Shown one piece after another: positions 1-42,150 of a DNA stretch of 64,000 nucleotides. The first letter of the stretch is position 1. Each line of letters opens with the position of its first letter. A program made the position numbers and the translations under genes. Source of the DNA: Euglena gracilis (lineage: Eukaryota); assembly GCA_039621445.1 (NCBI GenBank), contig CP154954.1:12394716-12458715 (forward strand). The letters are read 5' to 3'. The notes under the pieces were generated by a model. That model was not told where the DNA came from and ran no database searches. It saw nothing but the letters and a program-made list of their open reading frames with translations.

Positions 1-59
1 ACCCTGGTCCTCCCCTTCCCAAACACACCCCAATCCCAAACACAAACTCTCTGCTTCAG

Positions 60-3000
60 TGCATTTCCTTCGCCCCTCCGCACTTCACCCGCGTTCGCTT
101 CCGGAGTATCCCGCCAGGCATTCCAACCCCGCCACAGCAGGGCGGAACGGGAATCCTGGAAACCCCCGGGGGGTGGTGGTGGTGGTGGGTGCGGGCTGAC
201 CATGCCCCCTATCCTGGTGGCCCTGCGTTCCTCCGAAGCCTTAAGCCCACAAAGGCGTTCCAATGGTATGCAGTTAAGGTTCCATCCTTGCAGTTAAGGG
301 GTACCGCATACCGGATCAGGCTCCTGGGTGGGGCTGTACGGGAAAAGCCTGCAGGGGAGGTCGACCCCCCCCCCCGCCCCCCCCACAACCCCCACAAGGG
401 GGGGTCAACCCATATCCAATGGTGGTTCGAAAATTTTTTTTTGATCTGAGCATCGACGACCTTGGGGAGAGCAGAAAGGGAGGGGAGGGTCGAACCTGAG
501 GGGAATGCAAACACGGAAATCCCCCGCAAGGAAAGATGTCCAGTTTTGTTCAACTCTCGGCCCCTGAATATGTATTCAAAAATTTTGAAATCCATCTAGT
601 CTGTCTGGTCCATGTTCATCGAACGCAACATCCACACAACGCCCCCAACTGTCCACCATTTTTTTCAACACCATTCGGAAAGTTTTGCCGTGGAATGATT
701 TCCCCCTGCGCCAAAGAAGAGGCCTGTGTTTGTCCGACGATTGTCCCTGATGAACCGGCTGCTGCTTCTTTGCAGTCGAGTTCAGGCAGTTTTTTTTTGG
801 GGCATGGCCCACCCCCGTGGGCAGACTGTATTTTCAGTAAACTGGGCCAGAAACGAAACTAGCGCCGGCCATAAAGAGACAAGAAGCCTTAGTGCAACGA
901 ACGGGGGGGGGGGTGCATGCCTGGGCTGGCACTGCAAGGCACCAGAAACCACACCTCTCCCCCCTGAGTGAGGGGGCGCATTGTCAAAAGTTGAGCACTG
1001 GGCGTCAGCCCAGAAAGGCCCCGTTTTTATTTGGTGAATTGCTGCCCACCGCCAGGCAGGCACTAACCCCCCATGGGGGGGTTAGTGCCTGGGGGGGGGG
1101 GGTTGTTGGAGACCCGTGCCCTCCCTGGGGTTTGCGAAATTCAGCCCAGCTGGATAGGAATGGCCACATGGGAATTGGCCACAGGACTCCAAAGGGGATT
1201 TTCATCATGTGTCTCGCACGATGCCGGTCAGCAGCGCCCTGCCCAGGAGCTGAAGGAGGGAACAGTGCAGACCCTCTACAGAGAGCGGCACGCCGCATAT
1301 CGCCGGGCTCTGCGGGAATGGAAAGCACAGCGACTTGGTCACGGCTTATATTGCAAAGAGCGTTGAGCGTCACACCTTTGCCTCCTCAAAAGGAGGAAGA
1401 GTTTGCTTGTCTCACAAGCTTATTTGGCATCATAAAAGCAATTACATTTTAAAAATTTTAAAATGGGACAAAAATTCAACCAGTTGTCTATATTTTTTTT
1501 TAAAATATTGGTATCTAGCACACTGGGTGAACCCTCACCCCAAATAATCCCCCCCCCTTGGGGTCTGACTTCGCCGTCCGAGTCAATCCCCCCCCCATTA
1601 TTCGGGCAGGCGACCAAGATTTTGCCCTGAAAATGTGGATAAAAATCAACATTTCTGACGATAAATTGCAACAATATCAACTTTTCTGGATCTTCTGGCC
1701 TCCAAAAATGTTAAATTTCATGTGAAAGTAATAATGACCCCAAAGGGGGGTTTTCGGTGCTATTTTGGGTCCTCTCGGACTTCGAAAGATTTCGAAAAAT
1801 TTGAGGAGCTATCACCCCCCCCCCCCAAATGGTACCCCCCCCCCCCTCCTGCCTGGACTTCGGGCGAAAAATTAATACCCGGCGGGGTATTATTTGGGAG
1901 GTGGGTTTAGCTGTCACTGTGGTGTGTGTGTGCACTGACTGCCACGTCCAAAATGTACATGAAAATGTGAATGTGATTGTAGATGTAATGTAAATGTCAA
2001 CGTACATGTATATTTACACACAGAACATGAAACACAAAGAACCCTCCCCATTTTATCCCAAACTTAGTTCAAGCCAAACTTATTCAGCTGCGGAACTCTG
2101 CTTCTTAATAAATAGAAGTTTCAAGAAAAGCGGATTTTTGCAAAGCAGCCATTTCAGATGATATCTTCCTTCATTTTCCCCGAGTTTGTGAAGTTTTATT
2201 AAATATGTTTCAATTTATTGCAACTTATTGACCAGTCAATCACTTAGTCACTGACCAATCCTCCCCCCCCCCCCCCGGGGAGGTGGGTGACTGGTTTTGT
2301 CAGAGTGACCGACTGGTTTTTGGCCCGGACCCCCTCCCCCCCGGGGGGGGGGGAGGCAAAAAGTCTAAAGTGACCCGAAGCCGCCGGAAATTTTTTTGTC
2401 CTTTTTTTTAGGTTTTTTGGTCCATTTTCCTTTGAATTCCAGAGTGCCGAGCCCCCCCCCCCCGAGGGTAGTGACTGACTGGTTTCCCCCCAAAAAAGTG
2501 ACTGACTGTTTTTTTCGAAAAGTGGAGTGGTCCCCCTCCCCCCCGGGGGGGGGTCGGTAAAAAATTGTATGTTTTTGACCCTAAGTGACGAAGGGAATTC
2601 TTTTTTAAACAGGACCCAGAAAACGATGCTTTGGACACCCTGATCGATCAAGGTAAATATTTAAAACCCTTCCAGATTTTGCTATTATTAGACCCAAAAA
2701 TACAATTTGGGCCTTATTCTGGGGCCTTCGTCTTCTTTTGTCTTATTGGATTTGTTATGGTTTTTTTGCCTCAAAAGTAGCAAGAGACCAGAAGTTTCAT
2801 CTTTTGTGTGCTTGAAATTAGAGTTTTCTGTTAATTTCTGGCAATTTTTTTTTTTGCAACGCTATGCGCTGTCCGGGGAAGAGGGGGGCTTCAATTTGCG
2901 GGGGGGGGGGGGGGGCTTTTTTGGAAATTTTTTTGGTTGGTTTTTTGGGGTTCTTTTTGTCTGGGGGGGGGGCAGGGTTGAGTTTTTTTGGGGGTAGCAT

Positions 3001-6000
3001 CAACGTTTTCCGAAGGAACAGCAACTTTTTCTGTTCAGCCCCTCACAGCGGGGAAAGAAAAGTGTGTCGATTCTGGTCGGTCGAGGGAGTTGCTGGCACA
3101 GAAAAGGTTCCCCGAAACCCGGAAAGAAAGGAATGCGAGCGTAGGTGTGGTTTGCAGGTTCTGACGCTGGCGGCCCATTCCGTCGGATGTCAGGGCCAGC
3201 AAGGATGGATATTGATATTGGTTTTTGGGGGGATCCCGATAAATTTTGGATAGATTGACACCCCGATATCGTCGATAAAAGTCGATAAAACCGATATGAT
3301 CATTTTGCGCCCCGGTATCCTCATTTTTGTGATTGGGAGAGTCCCAAAATCGCCCCAAAACAACAAAAAGGCAGGTACCCCCCCCCAATAAAGCCGATCT
3401 TTCACGATATTTTTTCGGGACCCGATAAATTCAAGATTTTGATAAACCCGATATGGGCCAATATCCAACGTTCGAGGTGCCTCAAGCCGGGGCCGTGCGC
3501 CACGCTAGCGACCCTTCCACCCCCCGCCCTCGCTTCGTGTTCCACCCCAGCAACGTGGCGGTGCCAGAGCTGGTGGCCCTGGCGTGGGCCGTTCAGGCTG
3601 CCCCCCCCCCCCCCCCCCCAGCCAGTGACGCCGTGGGCCTCGGTCTCAGCCGGGAAATTGCTGGGAGTAGCGCCACTTTTAGAAACTTCATCGAGATTTT
3701 TTTGTGAATGTTCTTTTTTTCTGACTCTGACCAATCATGCATAAATTCAATCGTTTTCTGAATTATTTCTTATCGAGATTTAGATGATTGCCTGGGCTCA
3801 GCTGTCCCAGTTCATGTCAGAGTTCGTATCCTTTTTGTACCTGAAGATTAAACTGTAATTTGCAAATTTCTTTTGCTTCTGGCGTGGATGATGGATTTCC
3901 AGCCAGGTCAAGTTTCTCCTTTTGCCACCTCATACCAAAGTATTTGACAATTCTGACAAAATTTTTGTCAAACGCCCCCAAAACTGCATTTTGAGTGGAA
4001 TTCTTGCGGGTACATAATTTTTAGCCCGGCACTGCAACGGGCTGAAAATGGTCCACTGTGCCCGTGCCACTGTCTACAAGGGGAGATCCCTCTCTTTAGC
4101 TGGGGAGGGGGTCCGTACCCCCCACCTACCCTGAGCAACCCCCCACCTCCCAGCAGGTGAGGGCGTCCTACAAAGCAAAATTCCCTAAGGCCTAGGTCTA
4201 ACCCTGGGCCAAACAAGCGCGACTGCCCACCCGTTGCCCGGGGCATGTGGGGCTGACTCACTCGGCCGTGGCAGCGTGGGGGCATCCCGCCGGTGTCGCC
4301 GGGGGCGGTGGAGCGCCGCCTGTCGCGGCTGCGGTCGGAGGCGTCTGAGTCGCCCGCCTCGAGCCTGGGTGAGGTCTCGGACTCGGGTGGCGCAAAAAAA
4401 AACACCCAACTCATCCCCCTAACAAGGGCCCCAAGAAGCTGAATGAGTTGACTGATCCAATTTTCGGGTTTTTAATTAGCTATCGGACAATTGGGCTCTT
4501 TTCCAGTGTCCTCTCCAACCTCGTCCGCAATTGGTTGATCCCACCGCCTAAATAACCTCACCGCTGGCATTTGGTCTACAACTCATTGATTGAACTGGAA
4601 ATGGACCTTTTTATTTATTATTTGTTTACTATCATTTATTCACCTTTTTATTTATTATTTGTTTATGATTATTTATTTACCTTTTTATTTTTATTTACTT
4701 TTTTATATGTACAAAAGTAGCTACATGTGCAGAGGGTTCAAAGAAATTCCAGGGACGCTGATGGTTATCTTCACAGTGTGGTCCTTGCTGGCTGTTTGTC
4801 CAGATGAAAATCGTCCCAGACACATTTGGCTTAAAAGGGAGGGGAAAATGAGGCTGTTTGCGCGACCCAAGCCTGACGTTTGTGAGACCGATGCGAACTC
4901 CATGCCTGCCAATGGGGGATCATGTCTGGCTCCGTGCGCATTTTTTCCCTTGCACCACACCACACCGCACCGCACCACACCACACCGCACCACACCGCAC
5001 CGCACCGCACCACACCACACCACACCACACCACACCACACCACACCACACCACACCACACCACACCACACCACACCACACCACACCACACCACACCACAC
5101 CACACCACAAACAAGCCAACATTGCTTCCGATAGTTGATAGCGGATGTCAGCACAACAAAACGTTGACCCCACTTTCAGTGCAATTTGAGAACGTCAGAG
5201 AACATAAGTAGTGTTGGTGAAATAGTTCACAAACAGAATCACCTCTCATTTCTGGTCAAGCAGGGGCAATCAACTACGGACGAAACTGGCAAAATGGTGG
5301 TGAAGATGATCCTGCATTTGCAAGGTAGGTCCAGCACTGTTCATCCAGTATTGTTGTTGGAAAGATGTTTGGTTGCACAATAGAACTCCCCAAAGGGTGG
5401 GGTGGGGTGCGGTATGGTGTGGTGTGTGTGTGTGTGTGTGTGTGTGATTTGTGGTGTGCATGCATGCGTGTTTGTGTGTGCACGCACGCGTGTGTGTGAC
5501 CTCTATCTGATGAGTGCTTGCGTGCGTGGTGGTGGTATTGGTGGTGGTGGTGGTGGTGGTGGTGGTATGTGTGTGTGTGTGTGTGTGTTTGGTGTGTGGG
5601 GCACGTGTGTGTATGTGTGCAACTTGTGTGTGGTGGGATTACCAAGTCAAAGCTGATGGATCACGGATTTTTTTGGACAACCACCGGTTGTAGAATTTTG
5701 CAAACAAAATTCTCTGCAACGGGTCCAAATAACCATTTGTTAGAACGTTGTTGTTTTTTTCTTCACTGGTGGCTGCGCCGGCCATGCTTCCCAAAAATGG
5801 CGTACAATGCATCTTTGTTTCAAAAAACTTACAAACCTTTAGGCTTTGCATTCGGAATCGTCCATCGGCACGCCATCCGTCATCGTCCCAGGAAGCACAT
5901 GCCATTTGAGTGCCGTCATCGGGAGCACAGCGCCCGGGAGCCACCGCCGGCTCCTCACCGTTCCCCCGGCAGAGTGCAAACGGCGCCGGTCTGCCCCCAC

Positions 6001-9000
6001 ACGCCCCAGCACCACCGCCGCTTCCCCAGCCGCCCCACTTAGGCTTCTTTTTAATTCAGAAGACCCCTCCCCCCCAACACGGGCGGAAATTTTTTTTTTG
6101 GAAATGATGTGATCCCCTCCTCTCCCCGGGGTCTTTTAAACAACTGCTCCAGAGATTTTTTACAGCTTGGTCACCGGGGGAGTGCACCTTCCCCCCCCCA
6201 CGGCTGCGAGTCCGGCTGGTGGGCACCACCTCCCACAGGTTTCCACTATTTTTGACGTGAAGTGCCGACGTTTTGGCCAATCCCCTCACAGCGCTGCCCC
6301 CCCCCCCCCCAACCAGAGATTCTTTTTTTTTTTTTTTTTAGTTTGGTGACCCAGGGGGGGGGTGGGCCGAACGGACACCCCACAGGCGTTACACACAGGC
6401 TCCACAGGAGTTTCCATCTAGTCCCAAAATTTGGGACTCCAAAATTGACACCCTAAAAGAGGCCCGCCGAGCCCCCCCCCCCATGGGCTCCCCCCCCTGG
6501 GGGTGGGTGGGTGGGTCTGGTCCCCCCGGGTCCTAAAAAAAGACCTCTGCCCACAAACACCCAGATGCCCCCCTCAGGTTCATTGGGTGCCGACCCCCCC
6601 CCCCAACCCGGTTCCTTGAAAAGAACAAAACAAAGCCTCTGTGCCGCACCCCGGCCGCCACCGGCCAGCTCTGCAGGCATGGGGTCCGCGGTCCCGCGCT
6701 CTGCCGGCCAGTTGCCCGGCACCGGAAGGAGCACGGAGTCGCCCCCACCCCCGTCTCAGGTATTCTTGGTCTTGCAGTGCCTCTCATCTGCCTTCAGGAA
6801 CCTCCGGGAAAAGCCAACCCAACATGCAGGAGGCCAGCTGACCTCACAATCGGTCGAACCTGGACAGATTTTGGATTTTGCATTTCCGTTTTGTCTCTGG
6901 CGAACAGGGTGGACGTCCCACAGTCATTTCCTGTATGATTCTTTTCTTTATGTTGTTGGTGTCGGGGTGTGGGTTGGGCCGAGATTCTAGGGGTTTTTTT
7001 TACCAACAAATTGTGTGATACTGGAATTGGCACAATCCCAAAGTCTATCAAAAATCTATCAAAATCAGTTGCACAATGAAAAAGTTTCTCTGGAGAACCT
7101 GATATTTTTCGAAGTTATTTTGCAGCAGAAAAGTCTCCATCCTGGGGGAGCTCGTGAAGGAGTTTATATGCAACTTGCATTTATTTGTGTTTATTTCCTT
7201 TTTTTTTTGTGTTTTCATGTCGCGTTTTTGGAGGGTCCATGTTCTGTCCCCCCTCCTGGAGAGGACTTCCATTTTTTTTTTTGCGAACTGCCGAAAATTT
7301 CTTTGCCCCAATCTTGAACCCCCGCAAAGTGGTTTGGTGGGTGGGTGCCTGATCCGCAGGGCTCCAAAAGGGATTCCAAGGGATGGGTGGTGGGGGCCCC
7401 CCATCCCGGACCTTCAGGCCTTTTCGCCGCTGCATGAATTTTCACCTGCGAGGTGCCGTGGTGGGTGAGGGTCGCCCCCCCCCAAACTGGGCCTTCTCCG
7501 ACTGCCGGCTCCCCCCGGGGCGCGACTCCCGGCGCCCCGTCCCCCACCGCCGCCCCACCTCCGCCCACCCCAGTGAGCCGAGGGGGGCCCTCCCCCTGCT
7601 GGCCGTGACTCCGGCGGACCCCGCGCCCCGACGGCTGCCGGGCTTTGCGGCCCGGCTGGGCTTTGCGGTGCGGCGGCGAGCCGGCCCAGGCAGCCTCCTG
7701 GCCCCTGACTCGTCCACGGCAGACATTTTTTGTGTTGGTCTAAACCACCCCAAATAATACCCCCCCCCCCCCCTCGGAAGCTGCCTTCCCTGGAAAACTG
7801 TCATCAACGCCCTGTACTTGCTGTACTGTACTTGCTGACCTGTTCTCGGGTCCGGGTCAGAGGGAGAAGGTCTTGCAGCTAAGTCTTGGAGCAAAATGCG
7901 CCACTCGTGTCTGTGAAAAAGCGCGGAGTGAATGCGGATGTGTCCGCATCCGTGGCGCCCAGATGATGCAACGGAGGAGTCCTGTACTCTAGTCGTCCAC
8001 CGAGGAGGACAGCAAGGCTGGCAGCGTAGAACCCGGGCAGCCACTGGACAATCAGGCACCTCATTTTTTCAAGGGAGACACACAGGTTTGAAGGGGTGTG
8101 TGATCTGGCAGGTGCCAATTAGGTTGTTGGTTGCCAGCAAACAACTGTCATTGCCAATGGTGGAGCTCGAAGGGTGACAAACAGGAGGGGTCAAGTTACA
8201 CCGAAACTGTCCGGACAAGGAACTCACATATTTTGATTTCACGGCATTGTGTACCACGCATCATTTGCCTCAATCAAATCCTTCTAAATAACGATCGGGG
8301 AAACTCACCCCGCAGTCTTTGGATCTCCCGGAGGTGCGGACCAACAAATCATCCTGACAAACCCGGACAGATCCCAACATATCCCAACAACATTTCAAGA
8401 TTTTCCACACGAACGAAAAGATAGCTTCCCAATTTATTGTTTCAGTAATGCACTGAAAAGACCCCTCCCAAAATTGGCCGAAAACCCCTGATAAAATTTC
8501 CGAATTTTGGCCAGGACGTAGTGACCTGGGGTTCTTGGGTTCTTGGGAACCCACTCACCCCCCCCCCCAGGTCAACTGCGGTTGGCAGGTTTGACCCGCT
8601 GCCGTTGAATGGAGAAACGCCGGTGTGTGCCATCAACGGTGCTCCAATTCAGCCAAATGGCAGTCTTTGGTATATTTTTTCAGTGTGTACCCCCCATAGC
8701 GCACCTTCATTCGCCAGCCATTTCCCAATCTGGAAAACTGCCTCGTTCCCCACGCCCCGTGAGGTCCCTGCAGTGCGCCAAACGCCTGACCCGCGAGCAG
8801 CACGCAGCGTCACTCAGTGCGTCTTTAATCCATCGGCAGGGCTGTACGGGGGGTCAACACCCCACCCCCCTATTCTGGGAGTCCAACCCCCCTTTCATGT
8901 ATTCTGGGTGCGCCAATTTTAAGGTCATTTTCCTTTGCCGTCGAAGGCACTGAAAGAGTCTTTCCTCCGAAGTAATGTTCAAAAAGTTTCCTATGGCCAG

Positions 9001-9264
9001 GTGGTTGATTGCTGGGACACAGGGGAGCTTCGTCCCAAGACAACATCAACAAATTCGAAGGAACCCTCATCAGGGTGGGTGGACTGCTTTTCTGCCGTCA
9101 GACGGAGAACAATTCCGGCCTGCCCTGTCCACACTGGTTGCTGGCATCCCCCGATGACAGGCAGGGCTGCACTGTAAAGACCCCCCACCCATTATGACCA
9201 TGTTAATGTTGGCTTCCAGGGAAGTGCCTTTTGCTATCGTTGGAACATCGTTGGAATTGCTATC

Positions 9265-9296
<32 letters not shown>

Positions 9297-10020
9297 ATAT
9301 ATATAAAATATGTACGATATAAAAAAATAATATAAAATACAAAAATATAAATATATATGTAAAAACATAGAAAAACCCCGCCTCCGGCGGGGTACCTGCT
9401 CAGCCAACACCCCCCACCAGGGCGTTCACACTTGCTGGTGTTGGAGTCCAATTATGCCCCCCCCCCCCCCACCATTGTCGGTGCCCACTTGGCTTCCTCC
9501 GGGAGGCCCACCTGCTGCATGCTGAGCCTGTGGTGGCCGACAGCCTGGTGTCAGAGGTCCGTGTGAAGGATGGGACTTTGCTGCAGACGCTCGATAAGGC
9601 GTCGGGGTGCTACGTGCGTCAGAGTGCCAACTAGGCCACCGTGGGTGTGGATGGCGGTGGTGTGGTTGGCCAGTGGCCCGAAAGTTGGAAGTTAACGTTT
9701 GCACCCAACGTACCCTTTTTTTTTTAAATAGAGACCCCATGTCTTCTTGTGAGGTTGGGAACTTCTCAGTGTGCTCTGCCATGGAATTAACACACTACAA
9801 ACCTCGCATATAGCGTTGCAAATCTGTCTATTCTATATTCCCATTTTAATCGTTGGCACCCCATTCCCCCCCACACGTCTGTCCCGCAAAGCGTCTGAAA
9901 CCTCCACCGTGTCACAACGGTGGACTGTCACAGGTGGCGCCGGCGCTGGCCGCCCGGAGTACATATGGCACTGAGGTCATCCACCTGTTTGTCATCTTTG
10001 AACTGACTGAACTGACTGAA
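60..10020 (+). CDS. Uncharacterised multi-exon gene, 5' end outside window (paralogue A)
   Basis: Candidate exons: ~60-112 (ISFAPPHFTRVRFRSIP), ~713-779 (KKRPVFVRRLSLMNRLLLLCSR), 1247-1324 (ELKEGTVQTLYRERHAAYRRALREWK), ~3100-3201, 3474-3590 (..RFVFHPSNVAVPELVALAWA), 4212-4368 (..VERRLSRLRSEASE), ~5870-6030, ~6640-6760, ~7450-7720, ~8740-8830 (SPRPVRSLQCAKRL) and ~9880-10020. Several joins are in frame with paired intron ends, and motifs are collinear with paralogue B. The distal exon limits are approximate, and two in-frame stops need explaining (see findings). Confidence 0.6.
1325..3099 (+). other. Nonconventional intron (paralogue A)
   Basis: gcaCAGcgactt...gagttgCTGgcac forms a 9-bp stem including G-U pairs. 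The 3' boundary is uncertain by 1 nt. Confidence 0.7.
4953..5108. repeat. (CACAC)n pentanucleotide microsatellite
   Basis: Direct reading; about 30 units with CGCAC variants. Confidence 0.95.
5400..5635. repeat. Compound (GT)n/(GGT)n microsatellite
   Basis: Direct reading. Confidence 0.9.
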
Positions 10021-10768
10021 CGACGTTGGCACCGCGGGCCACACGGCTTTGCCGCTGTGTCCCGGTGGGGTCCGCTTTCCTCCGGGAGTGGCATGCTGCA
10101 GCTCAGGCATTGTTTGGCCCAAGTGAACCCCATGGCCTGGCCCAGTGGTCGAAGTGGCGGAGTGGCGGTTGGAGCGGGGTTTGTCGGCCCGGTCCCGTCC
10201 TTGAGCCTTTCTTTTTATCCTTTTCCTGTTCAGAGCCAGTGGCAGCCAGCACTTTTGAGTGACGAAGTCTGTCAAAACCACCGCTCCGCCCACCAACCAC
10301 ACATTCTTCATCATACGCTGTTATGAGGAAGATGAAGACCGGAATATTTGATACACATTATGGATGTGTTTTCTGCCCTTTGCTTAGGTGCACTGCCCTA
10401 ATTATGCCCAGAGCACTAAATGAGGGCCCCAAACATCCAACCTTCCACTGTTGGGATGAGGTCACTTCCACTCTCCTCTGGAAAGATTTTAGTCCAAAGG
10501 GGAACCCCTGACCAGTTCGGTGTATTGTTTTGCATCTGGTATTGCCTTGCAGGCGTGTTATGGTGGTGGTTGGGGTGCCAATCCTGTCCCAGGATGATAT
10601 TTCTGCAGTTCGGTTGACCTCCTGGCCTCCTGGTGGTTTCCGGTGCGCCTTTTTTGCCAGTGCGGAACAGAAATTGATCCGAGGGGGCGAAATTCCCAAC
10701 CCCTCATCTTTTTCAACCAACCTAAAGGTATCGCTTTTGAAACCTGTAGCACGGAATTACTTTCAACA

Positions 10769-40754
<29,986 letters not shown>

Positions 40755-42150
40755 CGGCCCGCGAGGCCCGAATCGCCCTTCCTCTTGTGCCGCAAGCCAG
40801 TGGTGGACGTTTCCTTGGACCGCAATGGGGGGGGGGGCTTTGAACGTTCTGTGCTCACCGGCTGGCTGGCCAACCAGGCCACCCCCAGGTGTTCGTGGGC
40901 AATTTGCCAGAAACGCGCCAAATTTTGGGCAAAAAGGTTTCGATTTTCAAATCTCTCAGAAACGAGCCACAATTATTGAACAGAATACCTGGCAACCTTA
41001 AAGTAAACCCCGAACGCCCTGTCTAATGGTATTTGGCTTTCCGTATACTTCACGCCTGGTCTTGTTTATGCCCATTTTTGTGCCATCTTAGGCCCAAAAT
41101 CCATCATAGGGAACGTCCGCTCACCTTCACCAAACCAACACCTCATTTCCATCAAATGTATATATGTGCCAGACCTGCAGACTTGTACAGAGCTTGCAAG
41201 CGCTGTGCAGCCGACGCGCCCGTCCCCCATTCTTGCTGCCATTTCGCTTCCAACGTTTTTTGTTTGCATTTGCTCTCAAGTCTCTCCGGCTATATGACCA
41301 GGGGTTATCTCAAGCCGAAAGGGATCCTACCCCCCCCCCCCCCCGGGGCGGTCCAGCCAGCCAGTACTTTTTTTTTCCAGCCAACACCTCCCAGCTGGAC
41401 TGTGGACCCCCCGGGGGGCGGGGGTTCGGCTGAAATAAAGTTCGTGGACCGAAAATTTTTTTCGGCGCAAAGCACCCTTTGTAGGAACAGCACCAACATT
41501 TGTAAGCTGTGTTGTGCAGAATGCACCTGAAAAGCACACCATGAGATGCCACACCATGCGCTGTGGATCTGCGAAGGTTTAAACAAGCAGTGCAGTGACA
41601 TCACCAGAACATGGAATTCCTGATGCTTGTTTATCCAAAATTCCAATTCATGGGTTCATCAAACCGTGACAAATTCGTACAAAAATCTTGCTGTACCTGG
41701 TGGGGTGGGTTCGGCCAAATAAAAGCAAGTTGTGGTTGCTTATATTTGGGGGACTGAGGAGGTCGCGTTGTGCTGTGCAACGGTCGGGCTGACTGTTGGG
41801 GGGGGGGGTCAATTGGGTGGACAAATCGGCTCCTGAAATAAATTCAATTTTTTCCCAATTCGAATGTTTTCAAAAGATTTTCGGCACGTCGATGCAAACC
41901 TTCGAGGAGAACATCGAAAATTGACTCCAGGTTGCTGACATTTGTAATCCGCCGACTTCTGCCGGGTTTAGATCCTTTTCATGAGAATTCCTTCCCATCG
42001 TCCAGCCAGGGGTTGCTGACATTCGTGGGCTGCTTTCCTCGCTTTATTCATTTGTTTACTTATTTGTTTGTTTTTTTGTTTATTTGTTGGGGGTTCACCT
42101 CGCTTTGTTTATTTGCGTGCCCCCCGTGGTCCGCAGCCGTCCCGCCCCCG

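Noticed and set aside
7800-8260. Coding-looking minus-strand stretch
   Set aside because: No motif or splice support; possibly an old insertion.
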